Shown here: in pieces, positions 20,406 to 30,965 of the stretch
How the letters are laid out: each line of letters starts with the position of its first letter
Numbering within the stretch: the first letter of the stretch is position 1
Assembly (NCBI GenBank): GCA_965247735.1
Contig: CBDFHN010000002.1
Coordinates: 2,463,005 to 2,527,004, forward strand
Source: Flavobacteriaceae bacterium
GTDB taxonomy: Bacteria; Bacteroidota; Bacteroidia; Flavobacteriales; Flavobacteriaceae
DNA length: 64,000 bases
Direction: 5' to 3'
The notes under the pieces: generated by a model
The model's database searches: none
What the model saw: only the letters and a program-made list of their open reading frames with translations
Told to the model about the DNA's origin: nothing
Made by a program: the position numbers and the translations under genes

Positions 20406-21530
20406 TTATTTAACAGCAATCTTGTCTTTTTCTGCCTTTATAATATCCAAACGGTTTTGTTTAGCCGTTTCGTTACGTTCTATTTTATGTCCTGGACGCG
20501 TCCATTTTGGTTTTTCACCAAGTGCATTAAACTCAGAATCCACCTCTTCAACCGTCCTTGGCTGTACCTTTTTTGTAAATGGCTTTTGAGGGTTCATTCC
20601 TAACATTTCAAACATCTTCATATCCTCATTTACATCAGGGTTTGGAGTCGTTAGCAACTTATCACCTGCAAAAATAGAATTGGCACCCGCAAAGAAGCAC
20701 ATTGCCTGCCCCTCTCTACTCATTTGTGTTCTTCCAGCAGATAAACGCACCTGTGTTTCTGGCATTACAATTCTAGAAGCAGCCACCATACGAATCATTT
20801 CCCAAATCTCTACAGGCTTCTCCCCTTCCATTGGCGTACCATCCACCGCTACCAACGCATTTATAGGAGTAGATTCTGGTTGAGGATCCAATGTAGACAA
20901 CGCAACTAACATCCCCGCTCTATCTTCTACCTCTTCTCCCATTCCAATAATTCCTCCACTACATACCGTAACATTAGTTTTCCTAACATTTGCAATAGTA
21001 TCCAAACGGTCCTCATAACCACGAGTAGAAATCACTTTTTTATAATATTCTTCTGACGTATCTAAATTATGGTTATACGCATATAAACCCGCTTCTGCCA
21101 AACGTTGTGCTTGGTTTTCAGTAACCATACCCAAGGTACAGCATACCTCCATATCTAACTTATTAATAGTACGCACCATCTCTAAAACCTGATCAAACTC
21201 TGGCCCATCCTTTACATTTCTCCATGATGCTCCCATACAAACACGAGAACTACCCGAAGATTTAGCACGCAAAGCCTGTGCTTTTACCTGCCGTACACTC
21301 ATCAAATCATTTCCTTCAATATCGGTATGGTAACGTGCAGCCTGTGGGCAATATCCACAATCCTCAGAACATCCTCCTGTTTTTACAGATAGCAATGTAC
21401 TTACCTGTACCACATTAGGATCATGATGCAAACGGTGTATTGTTGCCGCTTCGTAAAGCAACTCCATTAATGGTTTGTTATATATCGCTAGTATCTCTTC
21501 TTTTGTCCAATTGTGTCTAATCTCACTCAT
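20406..21530 (-). CDS. bioB: Biotin synthase (radical SAM) with a ~50-aa C-terminal extension
   Basis: CSEDCGYCPQ radical-SAM motif and a BioB core. 374 aa. Confidence 0.95.
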   Translation of the reverse strand: MSEIRHNWTKEEILAIYNKPLMELLYEAATIHRLHHDPNVVQVSTLLSVKTGGCSEDCGYCPQAARYHTDIEGNDLMSVRQVKAQALRAKSSGSSRVCMGASWRNVKDGPEFDQVLEMVRTINKLDMEVCCTLGMVTENQAQRLAEAGLYAYNHNLDTSEEYYKKVISTRGYEDRLDTIANVRKTNVTVCSGGIIGMGEEVEDRAGMLVALSTLDPQPESTPINALVAVDGTPMEGEKPVEIWEMIRMVAASRIVMPETQVRLSAGRTQMSREGQAMCFFAGANSIFAGDKLLTTPNPDVNEDMKMFEMLGMNPQKPFTKKVQPRTVEEVDSEFNALGEKPKWTRPGHKIERNETAKQNRLDIIKAEKDKIAVK

Positions 21531-21963
21531 AAATCATTGATCTAATTGATTGCCAAAAATAGTAAAAAGGATTTACCCAATAAGCAAAAATCAATTAAAA
21601 GACTTTTTCTTATGCTGTTTTTGGTTATCATTTTAGAACCGCTTATTGCCAGTTTTCGGTAGACTGCCATCAAGATCATTCTTACCTATAACGCGAATAC
21701 TTCTTTTACCTATTATATTTTCTCTTTTTTTTCCGAAGCTATTCGCGCTATCCACTGTAGTTTTTGAGGTAAACACCTCAAAAAGCTGCCGCTGCTATCA
21801 CGGCTAAAATGTTGAAATAGTATTGAGAATTTAGGTTTTAGTATTGATACCAAAAACACTTTCACAATATATAGTCAAACTATAACAACAACAGCCCCAA
21901 ACACAACATCTATTTTTCTTACTTTAGCTAACACACTAGTTTTGAAAACAAACGATAGTTATT

Positions 21964-23361
21964 ATGAAAATCCACACCCTATTCAATCCTAGATACAAAA
22001 TTGTTATTCACGCTCTAATCCTAATTGGATATTTAGCCATCATAATCCCTACATTTTTTTTAACTGAAACAAAAATTAGCAGCTTTATAACATCAGTAAG
22101 CTTAGAACTTATTTCCTTATACATATTAGCATTATGGATAATACCTCAACTTATTTCAAATACAAAAAAAGGAATCTTACTACTCTTTGGTTTTCTAATC
22201 ATATACTTTAATCCTTATACATTTTTTAAAAACTACAACAACCTTAATTTCTTAGAAGAGATACACAACCTTTTTACTCAAATTACCCCAATAGCCATAA
22301 TGTCATTTTTTTATAGCATTATTATTTTTGACTCAGAAAAACTAAAACCATTATTCTTAAACAAAAAATTCGAAATTCTTATTCACACACTAATCATAGC
22401 CCTAATAACTGCTTTTACCTTTAGTCCAAGCATAAACATGGGCAAAATATTTTTCACAGCAATCCCAGTTTACGCCTGCGCAATCTTCTACTATATTCAT
22501 ACTTTTCTTTTACTTCCAACGCTAATAACCCATAAAAAAAACTACAAATACACTGTTTACCTTACCATATGTCTTATTACATACTACGGAAGCATTATCT
22601 ATTTTTCAAAAAACACTTCCGATTTCCACAATCAACCCCTATATCTATTTATCAAAAATAACTTCCATTCCACTACCATTGTACTCATCGCAATATTAAT
22701 TCCATCCTACCTATACGGATACAAAAGAGCAAAATCCAAAAAAGAACAAAACATGCTTACTACACAACTAGCAGCTAAAAACACAGAGCTTCAATTGCTA
22801 AAATCACAAGTAAACCCTCATTTCTTATTCAACTCGCTCAATACATTGTACGCAACTGCTCTTAACGAAAAAGCAGATAAAACCGCGGAAAGCATTACAA
22901 ATTTAGCTAGCCTTATTAGGTACATGCAAGAAGACATTAACAAAAATCTCATCGTTTTAGACACAGAAATTCAATACATTAAAGACTATATTAGCATTCA
23001 AGAACTCCGTTGTAAAACCCCTCCTAACATCACCACAAATTTCAAAAACATCAAAAACCATACAATAAGTCCAGGAATATTGATGCCATTTATTGAAAAC
23101 GCGTTTAAATACGGAATAAACCCCAACAAAAATTCATCTTTAGATATCTCTATTATCGGAAAAGAAAAAACAATACTATTTGAATGCACTAATACTTTTA
23201 ACAAAAACAAAGTTTACCACCAAGAACAAGGTTTCGGAATCGGAATTAAAAACACCAAACAACGCCTGAATCTTATCTACCCTAATACTCACCAACTAGA
23301 CATCTCTAACGAAAATGGTGTTTTCAAAATATCACTTAACATAAATATTACAAAATCATGA
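21964..23361 (+). CDS. LytS/YehU-type sensor histidine kinase (multi-TM N-terminus, His_kinase domain)
   Basis: NPHFLFNSLNTLY H-box typical of the LytS family. ~6 TM helices upstream of it. Confidence 0.85.
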   Translation: MKIHTLFNPRYKIVIHALILIGYLAIIIPTFFLTETKISSFITSVSLELISLYILALWIIPQLISNTKKGILLLFGFLIIYFNPYTFFKNYNNLNFLEEIHNLFTQITPIAIMSFFYSIIIFDSEKLKPLFLNKKFEILIHTLIIALITAFTFSPSINMGKIFFTAIPVYACAIFYYIHTFLLLPTLITHKKNYKYTVYLTICLITYYGSIIYFSKNTSDFHNQPLYLFIKNNFHSTTIVLIAILIPSYLYGYKRAKSKKEQNMLTTQLAAKNTELQLLKSQVNPHFLFNSLNTLYATALNEKADKTAESITNLASLIRYMQEDINKNLIVLDTEIQYIKDYISIQELRCKTPPNITTNFKNIKNHTISPGILMPFIENAFKYGINPNKNSSLDISIIGKEKTILFECTNTFNKNKVYHQEQGFGIGIKNTKQRLNLIYPNTHQLDISNENGVFKISLNINITKS

Positions 23362-24041
23362 TGATAAACGCAATAGCCATAGATGACGAACCTAAAGCTA
23401 TAGAAGTAATACAACATCTTATCAACCGTATTGATTACCTTTCTTTAATTCATCATTTTCACAACTCAGAAGACGCCATCACTTTTTTAAACGAACAACC
23501 TGTAGATTTAGTTTTCTTAGACATTAACATGCCTGAAAAATCGGGATTGGACTTATTAAAAGAAATAGATCGTCCTGTAAACATTATTTTTACCACTGCC
23601 TATACAGAACACGCCCTCGAAAGCTATAACTACAACGCAATAGACTACCTCTTAAAACCTTTTTCCTTTAGCCGATTTTTGTCCGCAATAGAAAAAGCAA
23701 GAAATAAAATTAAAAGTAAACAACTCTCTCAACCATTTTTCTTTATTAAAGATGGATTTAAAAACATAAAAATAACTTTTAAAGACATCCTTTTCATTAA
23801 AGGATCAGGAAACTATTTAGAAATACACACTGTAGGTAAAATTCATATTTCAAGAATGACATTTAAAAACATTATTGAAAAAATACCTGCTGCTGACTTT
23901 ATTAGAACTCATCAATCATACCTCGTTAATACACAACACATAGATAAGATTGAAAACAACAAAATACACATCAACACAACCAGAATTCCCATAAGTGAAA
24001 AATATAAAAACACCCTTTACAAAAAACTAAATCTAACATAA
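23358..24041 (+). CDS. LytTR-family response regulator
   Basis: N-terminal receiver domain (DDEP...FLDINMP...) and a C-terminal LytTR DNA-binding domain. Overlaps the kinase gene by 4 nt. Confidence 0.9.
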   Translation: MMINAIAIDDEPKAIEVIQHLINRIDYLSLIHHFHNSEDAITFLNEQPVDLVFLDINMPEKSGLDLLKEIDRPVNIIFTTAYTEHALESYNYNAIDYLLKPFSFSRFLSAIEKARNKIKSKQLSQPFFFIKDGFKNIKITFKDILFIKGSGNYLEIHTVGKIHISRMTFKNIIEKIPAADFIRTHQSYLVNTQHIDKIENNKIHINTTRIPISEKYKNTLYKKLNLT

Positions 24042-24127
24042 AACAAACTGTTAAAAACAATTAATTTCTCCATTTATAGAATTAAAACACCTATATTGTT
24101 TACTGTATTCAACGAACTATCATTATC

Positions 24128-25402
24128 ATGACAACAGTAGACTTAAAAAACATTGAATGGAATAGTATCGAAAAATTTACTTTTCGATTCCTATTCGTAT
24201 ATTACTTTTTTATCATATTCCCTTTTCCTTTCGGAAAAATGCCTTTTAATATTGGACTTGTTATTTTTGATTGGATCACTAAGTTTTGGGAAATTACCAC
24301 ACCTCTATTTGGTAAATATATCTTACAACTTTCCAGTGACGCTAATGTAACAACTTATGCCTCTAGTGACACACATTTTCATTATGCTTTGCTAATATTT
24401 CAACCCTTTTTAGCACTAGTAATTGCAACATTATGGACAGCAATTGACAGAAAAAGAAAGCAGTACAAAAAACTATACCTATATCTAATAACCGCACTAC
24501 GATACTACCTTGCTATAACCATGATTTCTTATGGCTTTTCCAAAATATTCCCTTCTCAGTTTGGAATCATGCAACAAACAACATATTTAACAACATACGG
24601 AGACAGTAGCCCCATGAACATGTTATGGGCTTTTATGAGCCACTCTACCAATTACCAACAATTTGGCGGGTATCTAGAGCTCATAGGAGGACTATTACTA
24701 CTACACAGAAAAACATACATTCTTGGCGCAATTAGTTCTTTTGGCGTAATGCTAAATGTATTTGCACTTAACCTAGCTTTTAATGTTTGGGTAAAATTAT
24801 ATTCTGGAAGCCTACTACTAATGAGTATTGTTATTATTACGCCTGAACTTAAAAAACTCGTTAAACTCTTTGTTTTCAATAAATCCGTTAGTTTTTCTTC
24901 TATTCAACCCTATTTTAAAGAAAAAAAATGGAATAGAGTTGCACTAGCTATAAAAATAGTATTTATCATAACCATTTTAATAAGCAAAACACAAGACCAT
25001 ATTAAACGTAGCAAAAACGTTACCTCGGCAACACCGCTTTTTGGCATTCAAAACGTACAACAATTTTCACTCAACAAAAACACCACACTTTCTTCTGCCA
25101 AAGATAGCATCCGATGGAAACACCTTTTAATAGACAAACGATCTGGTATCATTATTACCATGGACGATAAAAAGCATCGTTTTGCCCAAAAAATTGATAC
25201 CCTAAAAAAAACCATAACCTTTGAAAGCTATAGAGACAGCACCAATAACTACAAGTTTAACTACACAAAAACTGGCGACCTCTTAAAACTTAGCGGAATT
25301 CACAGAAGTGATACGCTAAATATTATCCTTAAAGAAAAAAAGAAAAACGAATTTAAGTTAGAAAAAGAAAGATTTAACTGGGTAACAGATTTCTTTTTCT
25401 AA
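24128..25402 (+). CDS. Multi-pass membrane protein (DoxX/HTTM-like N-terminal domain plus a C-terminal soluble domain). Possible target of the LytS/LytTR system.
   Basis: 424 aa. ~6-7 hydrophobic helices followed by a ~150-aa hydrophilic tail. Same strand, 86 nt downstream of the response regulator. Confidence 0.4.
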   Translation: MTTVDLKNIEWNSIEKFTFRFLFVYYFFIIFPFPFGKMPFNIGLVIFDWITKFWEITTPLFGKYILQLSSDANVTTYASSDTHFHYALLIFQPFLALVIATLWTAIDRKRKQYKKLYLYLITALRYYLAITMISYGFSKIFPSQFGIMQQTTYLTTYGDSSPMNMLWAFMSHSTNYQQFGGYLELIGGLLLLHRKTYILGAISSFGVMLNVFALNLAFNVWVKLYSGSLLLMSIVIITPELKKLVKLFVFNKSVSFSSIQPYFKEKKWNRVALAIKIVFIITILISKTQDHIKRSKNVTSATPLFGIQNVQQFSLNKNTTLSSAKDSIRWKHLLIDKRSGIIITMDDKKHRFAQKIDTLKKTITFESYRDSTNNYKFNYTKTGDLLKLSGIHRSDTLNIILKEKKKNEFKLEKERFNWVTDFFF

Positions 25403-25417
25403 CTTTTTTGCACAAAA

Positions 25418-25468
25418 AACCGTTTTGCACACAGAAACCAAGGCAAAACGGTTTTAAATATCATATAA
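25418..25468. terminator. Bidirectional rho-independent terminator between the convergent genes at 24128..25402 and 25480..30360
   Basis: aaaaccgttttgc...gcaaaacggtttt is a perfect 13-bp inverted repeat flanked by A/T runs. Confidence 0.6.
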
Positions 25469-25479
25469 CCACAATTTAA

Positions 25480-28400
25480 CTACTTCTCTAACCCTCTTTT
25501 CAATACTTCTTGAATCCCTTCTAAGTGCTCGCTAAATTGTATCATCTGAGACAATATCTGTCCCATATCATTTTTATTTCCTAATCCTTTTAGCTTGTTA
25601 TTTTTTATAAATGTGGTTTTTATAACATCCCAACGCTCTTGCTCTGTTATGGTCAACACATCCGAAAGTTCTTTATACTTTAAAAGATTGGCTTCAGCGG
25701 CACTTGTTAATGTCTGAGATTCATTATTATAATGCGATTGCAATACGGTTTCTAATTCTTCATCATTCATTACCGTTACTACTTTACTCACCAACTTATT
25801 CATATCCCTATACGAACCTTGTAGCTTAAAAGACGGTTCTGTCCTATCAGCATCTTCCATTGCTGCCGATTTTATATAATTAGCATTTACCAGCATTACT
25901 CGATCTCGTATGGTAATCACCTTTTTCAACACCGAAATATAATCCTCTACCTCCTGCTTAGCGTAATTACCTTTTAACTCTATTCCTTCTCTTGTTCCTG
26001 ATGCTACCATATTGATAAAACCATAAATATCCTCAAAATACTTGCTGCTCAACTGATGCAACACTGGATTGGAAGTCAAAGAATTCTCAATTAAACTCAA
26101 CTTAAATAAATCGGCAGTATCGCCAATAATATCTCCTAAATTATAAATATCAGCACGATTGGCTAACATATCTGGAATCTGAAATTTATCTCCGCTTTCG
26201 GTATATGGATTCCCTGCCATAATAACACAGAACTTCTTAGACTTAAAGTCGTATGTCTTTGGCCTTCCATTATATACTCCTTCAATTTTTCGTGTCCCAT
26301 CAGCAAGAGAAATAAATTTCTGCAAAAACTCTGGATTACAATGCTGAATATCATCTAAATACAACATCACATTATTTCCCATTTCAAAAGCTAAATTCAG
26401 CTTTTTTAACTCTTCTCTAGTAGCTGCATTTTTTGCCGCCATAGGATCAACAGATGTTACTTCGTGCCCAATAGCTGGTCCATTTATTTTCATAAACACC
26501 AAGCCTAATCTATTGGCCAAATACTCCATTAATGTAGTTTTTCCATACCCGGGAGGGGAGACCAACAACAACATCCCCATACGGTCCGTACGCTTGGTTT
26601 CACCAACACTTCCCAATTGCTTGGATAAATTATCACCAAACAATGGCAAATACACCTGGTCTATTAACTTATTACGAACAAAAGAAGACAATACTCTTGG
26701 CATAAACTCATTAAGACGTAATTCCTCTTTAAGGGTATCCGTAACCTTATGCTTCGCCTCTTTGTATGCTAAATACGCAGGTACTTCTACCTCCACAAAT
26801 AAAGACATCTCTACTATAAACTGATGATAATTAAAACTAAAACTGCTTTCAATTATAGTATTGTGACTGCCATTCAATTTGTTTATCTCTTGAGAAGGCG
26901 ATATGTTTTTTACTTCAAAAACCACATGTTCTCTAAATAAAAGCAAGGAAATAATTTCATATAAATACTGTTCTTTTTCTGGTGCATTAACCTCCAGATA
27001 AGAACTTACCCATTGCTTTAATAAGCCAATTTTTGCCCCTAAATTTATTGCTGACTCTAAATGAGTTTCTAATTTTACAAATACTTTATTTTTTTTAAGT
27101 GACTTTACAAAAGCCTCAAATTGTTCTTGTGCTACTGAGCTCACACAAAAAGTATTATCAACACTCAATTCTACAAATAAATATTCAGCAGCCAAGGCAA
27201 CTTCATCCTCAGAAAACACCTCTATTCCAAAAAACATATCTTCTAAAACAGGCTTCATCTCTAATAACATTTTGCCAATTAGCTGCTCATAAGCCATGCT
27301 TTTGGGATACATTTTTAAGACCTCTCCTGAGGCTTTTATATTTGCATTCCATGTTGCCTTATTTCCGTTTTGCAGGTTATTCCAAAAACAGATGGCCAAC
27401 GCTCTTATTTTTGCCGAAAAACGCAACAAGCCCAAATCATGATGTTTTTCTATCAAAACCTTTAACACTTGTACTGCATCTACATCATGAACCCCCTTTA
27501 CATAACCTTCAGAATACAACTTGCTGCTTTCCTCTTTTACAAGAGCCAATATGCTTTCTTGATTTAGGTTGCGCAACTCTTCCCCATCAAACTTTTTAAA
27601 TATTTTATAAGCTAGATAATTAGCACGATAGATTTTATCATTTTCAGAAACCAATTCTTGATCCCAATATTTTTGAGAAGACACTAGGGTTTCATCTACT
27701 ATTTTTTGATAAAAATCGGTTCCGGTAAGGTGATAATACAACTCTTCATCTTTATAAACTATGGTTAAATCTAAAGGCTGCTTGTTTACTCCAAATTTAT
27801 GTTTCCCTAACTTTATTATATTCTCCCCATCTTCATATAAATCTTGTCGATCTTTTAACTTCCGAATAGCATCTTCCTTGGCAGATTTTAGTTGAGTTTC
27901 TATCATTTCTGCCTTTCCACCATCATCTAAATCCTGCAATTGAGAAACAATATCTCTAAGCTTACTTATCATTAAATCAGCAGCAAAATACCCATTAATA
28001 TCCACTGTTGAATCAAAACTTAAAGCCTTAGTTCCTACTCCTTTTAATATTCTTTTAGCAGCTTTCTCTAGGGCTACTGCTTTTTTGTTTCGCCCTTCAA
28101 CAATACTGTTTTTACGAGCTTCAAAAGCATTATATACTTCCTCTCGTTTTTCAATAATCTGCACAATAAAGTCTTCAAAATCGGCAAATCTAGCTTCTAA
28201 TTCTTCTAACTGGATTGAGACTTTATTAAGTAACTCTTCCGTTTTTTCAGGAGTATCAGAAATATCCAAATAATTGATAATACTCTGATCTACCAATTTT
28301 AATTGTGCAGCAAACTCTGCAGTAGCTTCTTTTCCCCCTAATGATTTGATGCTGTTTTTGATCCCTGCCTTCAACTGGTTTATTGTTGCGAAAATCAAAG

Positions 28401-30360
28401 AAATATTGTCAATAATCTTGGTGGATTGTGAGGTGTCTTCAATTTTTAAATTGGATACAATCTCTATCAGCATTTCTAGATCCACAACCACTTGGTTAAC
28501 CTCTGTTTCTAGCTTTTTAGCATCAATAACCTTTGTTATATCTGCAAGTTCTTTTTCTTTTGCTATTACTCTTGTTTGATAAGGCACCAAAGCCTTATCA
28601 TCTAATAAAAACTGTACACAACGCTCTGATATCTTATCGTTTTGGGCTGTAATTTGTACTTCTATATCTTCTATAAAAGCAGTATCTACATACCGAATCT
28701 CGTTTAATCCAATAACTTCTCCTCTTAAGGTACGCAATTGCGATAATACACCCACAAAATCATCAATAGTCCTAAAAGAAGTGCTATTTATTTTTCCAAA
28801 AAGCGCTGTACTCTTGTCTGCAACTTCATTAGTGATATTTGATGCCGTTTTTCTAAGCTGAACTACCTTTTCGAACTCATCTATTGCCGCATTAGCAGCA
28901 TTATTAATTTCTTGCAACGGAAGTACTAACTCCTGAGTCTCTGATTCCCGAATCCAATAATAACTATCAATTACATCTAAAGACTGCTTTGCAACATCAT
29001 CATACAAACCATCATAATTATCTTCTTTATTCAATAATGTAATTAGCCCTTGACATTCCGCCATCGCTTTTACAATATCCTTATTTCCGATTTTATATAA
29101 TAACGAATCTTTATGTTCCGATGGCAATACATCTGCTTTTACAAAAGGGGTTTGCCAAATTTGAATTACATGGTGTTTTGTTTGTTCTTCTTCAGTTTTA
29201 AAATAACACAATTCTCCTCCTTCCAAAAAGGTAAATCCATTGCAAATAATTGGTGTTTTTACCTCTTGAGAGATTACATTATAGGACATTAGAATATTGA
29301 TTCCTTTTTCTGCATGATAAAAAACATAGATATAATCTTCTCCATTAGGAGATACTATTTTTTTCTGAAAATTAAGATTAGAAATACCATGATCAAAAAG
29401 CTTAAATGTACCTGATTGCAGATAATATCCATTTGGATAAATTATACCTTGGTCGTCTGGAAGTAAAATAGCAGCATCACCAATACTTTGTATTTTTTTT
29501 ATTTCTTGAATTTTATGATTGTAGACAAAATAACGTGATGTTTCTTGAAATGGTTTGATTTCTAAAACGATTAGATTTCCTAAATCAGCATAACGATATT
29601 GGCCGTCATCTAAGGTCTGATCTACATGTGTTACCGCTTCACTAAAAACCCCTTTTCCATCGTCTGTATTGTCTTCTATTTTGATAGTTAAATCCCCACC
29701 TACAGTTTCAACAAATACTTTATCAAGAATAGAAATATGAGGATGGGTTCCATATCGATGCATATCTCTACTAACTTCTTTCCAATTAAAATCGTACTGA
29801 TTTGGATAACGAAATTCATTTTCGCTTCTATTATCAACATATTTTAAACCATCGTCTGTAATCAACCATTTGAAGGTCTTAATATCGGTAACACTATCAC
29901 TTAATTGAAAAACCAAGTGCAAATAATTACCAATTACAGCAAACTTTGAGAATATAGTATTCCTATAATACTTATATAGATTTGTAAAATCAGAAATAAA
30001 GATCTCGTCTTGAAACAGGGCTAAAGATTGTGTTGTAAAATGATCTCCATCATATTTACATACTTCAAACACATCGGATAACAGTATCTCTGTTCGCAAT
30101 CCAAAATGCACATTATAGCCAAAAATACAGAGGTTATTAATAGTTATAATATCTCTTGCGATACAACTACTTTTGGTATTGATTCTATTATTGGCAATTA
30201 ACTTAGTTTCTACGCTTCCAAAAACAGTTGCTCTCGCCAAATTTAGCTTCCCTAGTCGATCTTGCAACTCTACTTTTTGTTTCTGCAAGCGCCCTTGGAT
30301 AATCTCATAAGTACCTCCATCGAGCTGAACAACATTCTTCGACATTTCTTTATCCTGCAT
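25480..30360 (-). CDS. 1626-aa multidomain protein with a C-terminal MoxR/dynein-like AAA_5-type ATPase domain. Function unknown.
   Basis: Walker A VSPPGYGKTTLMEY, Walker B MLYLDDIQHC, sensor-like VIMAGNPYTE, and ANRADIY resembling the MoxR xLLDRF motif, all within the last ~400 aa. The N-terminal ~1100 aa have no motif I can assign. Same strand and immediately downstream of the flotillin/PspA cluster. Confidence 0.55.
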   Translation of the reverse strand: MQDKEMSKNVVQLDGGTYEIIQGRLQKQKVELQDRLGKLNLARATVFGSVETKLIANNRINTKSSCIARDIITINNLCIFGYNVHFGLRTEILLSDVFEVCKYDGDHFTTQSLALFQDEIFISDFTNLYKYYRNTIFSKFAVIGNYLHLVFQLSDSVTDIKTFKWLITDDGLKYVDNRSENEFRYPNQYDFNWKEVSRDMHRYGTHPHISILDKVFVETVGGDLTIKIEDNTDDGKGVFSEAVTHVDQTLDDGQYRYADLGNLIVLEIKPFQETSRYFVYNHKIQEIKKIQSIGDAAILLPDDQGIIYPNGYYLQSGTFKLFDHGISNLNFQKKIVSPNGEDYIYVFYHAEKGINILMSYNVISQEVKTPIICNGFTFLEGGELCYFKTEEEQTKHHVIQIWQTPFVKADVLPSEHKDSLLYKIGNKDIVKAMAECQGLITLLNKEDNYDGLYDDVAKQSLDVIDSYYWIRESETQELVLPLQEINNAANAAIDEFEKVVQLRKTASNITNEVADKSTALFGKINSTSFRTIDDFVGVLSQLRTLRGEVIGLNEIRYVDTAFIEDIEVQITAQNDKISERCVQFLLDDKALVPYQTRVIAKEKELADITKVIDAKKLETEVNQVVVDLEMLIEIVSNLKIEDTSQSTKIIDNISLIFATINQLKAGIKNSIKSLGGKEATAEFAAQLKLVDQSIINYLDISDTPEKTEELLNKVSIQLEELEARFADFEDFIVQIIEKREEVYNAFEARKNSIVEGRNKKAVALEKAAKRILKGVGTKALSFDSTVDINGYFAADLMISKLRDIVSQLQDLDDGGKAEMIETQLKSAKEDAIRKLKDRQDLYEDGENIIKLGKHKFGVNKQPLDLTIVYKDEELYYHLTGTDFYQKIVDETLVSSQKYWDQELVSENDKIYRANYLAYKIFKKFDGEELRNLNQESILALVKEESSKLYSEGYVKGVHDVDAVQVLKVLIEKHHDLGLLRFSAKIRALAICFWNNLQNGNKATWNANIKASGEVLKMYPKSMAYEQLIGKMLLEMKPVLEDMFFGIEVFSEDEVALAAEYLFVELSVDNTFCVSSVAQEQFEAFVKSLKKNKVFVKLETHLESAINLGAKIGLLKQWVSSYLEVNAPEKEQYLYEIISLLLFREHVVFEVKNISPSQEINKLNGSHNTIIESSFSFNYHQFIVEMSLFVEVEVPAYLAYKEAKHKVTDTLKEELRLNEFMPRVLSSFVRNKLIDQVYLPLFGDNLSKQLGSVGETKRTDRMGMLLLVSPPGYGKTTLMEYLANRLGLVFMKINGPAIGHEVTSVDPMAAKNAATREELKKLNLAFEMGNNVMLYLDDIQHCNPEFLQKFISLADGTRKIEGVYNGRPKTYDFKSKKFCVIMAGNPYTESGDKFQIPDMLANRADIYNLGDIIGDTADLFKLSLIENSLTSNPVLHQLSSKYFEDIYGFINMVASGTREGIELKGNYAKQEVEDYISVLKKVITIRDRVMLVNANYIKSAAMEDADRTEPSFKLQGSYRDMNKLVSKVVTVMNDEELETVLQSHYNNESQTLTSAAEANLLKYKELSDVLTITEQERWDVIKTTFIKNNKLKGLGNKNDMGQILSQMIQFSEHLEGIQEVLKRGLEK

Positions 30361-30384
30361 TTATCTTTATTGTTTTTTAAAAAC

Positions 30385-30443
30385 TTGTTCTCGATACTAT
30401 TTCACTTCCGTTTCTCTTTGGCAAAATCACTCGAACTGACATT
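30385..30443. repeat. ~59-nt intergenic repeat, copy A (TTGTTCTCGATACTATTTCAC...GGCAAAATCACTCGAACTGACA)
   Basis: One of three near-identical copies within 600 nt. Confidence 0.85.
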
Positions 30444-30547
30444 CAATTCCTCATCAACTATACACACTACAACTCAACTGTCACATCGAGTGAATTTGAA
30501 TAATGCAATGGAGCAAATTTGTATCGAGATGTTTCACTTACCCAATC

Positions 30548-30604
30548 CTGTTCTCGATACTATTTCACCTTCGCTACTCTTTGGCAAAATCACGAACTGA
30601 CAAG
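30548..30604. repeat. ~57-nt intergenic repeat, copy B. Abuts the stop of the GIY-YIG gene.
   Basis: CTGTTCTCGATACTATTTCACCTTCGCTACTCTTTGGCAAAATCACGAACTGACA. Confidence 0.85.
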
Positions 30605-30608
30605 ACAG

Positions 30609-30899
30609 TTACTTAAAATTCTTCTTCGCTAAATTTACTAAACTTTCATAATCGCCATTTATCAAAGCAATTTTCTTCGCTCTTGACCACTTTTTTATCT
30701 GCTTTTCTTTCTCAATAGCTACCTCAACATTTGTAAACTCGCAATAAAAAACTAACTCAACCGGTCTTCGCCTAAATGTATAGCTCTCCTTATGTTTTCC
30801 TTTTTGATGTTCAACCATCCTCATTTCCATTCGAGAAGTAACACCTGTATAAAAAGTATTATCTGAGCATCTTAATATGTATACATAATAAATTTTCAT
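30609..30899 (-). CDS. GIY-YIG nuclease-superfamily small protein (stand-alone, ~96 aa)
   Basis: KIYYVYILRCSDNTFYTGVTSRMEMRMVEHQ is the GIY..YIG core with the conserved R and E. Flanked on both sides by the 59-nt repeats. Confidence 0.85.
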   Translation of the reverse strand: MKIYYVYILRCSDNTFYTGVTSRMEMRMVEHQKGKHKESYTFRRRPVELVFYCEFTNVEVAIEKEKQIKKWSRAKKIALINGDYESLVNLAKKNFK

Positions 30900-30903
30900 T
30901 TCA

Positions 30904-30963
30904 TTGTTCTCGATACTATTTCACCTACGCTTCTCTTCGGTAAAATCACTCGAACTGACATTT
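30904..30963. repeat. ~60-nt intergenic repeat, copy C. Begins 5 nt upstream of the GIY-YIG start and abuts the flotillin stop.
   Basis: TTGTTCTCGATACTATTTCACCTACGCTTCTCTTCGGTAAAATCACTCGAACTGACA. Confidence 0.85.
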
Positions 30964-30965
30964 AA

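Noticed and set aside
26513-28579. Several 60-170-aa plus-strand ORFs inside the 1626-aa gene
   Set aside because: All nested antisense within a long continuous minus-strand ORF that carries clear AAA+ motifs. No independent support.
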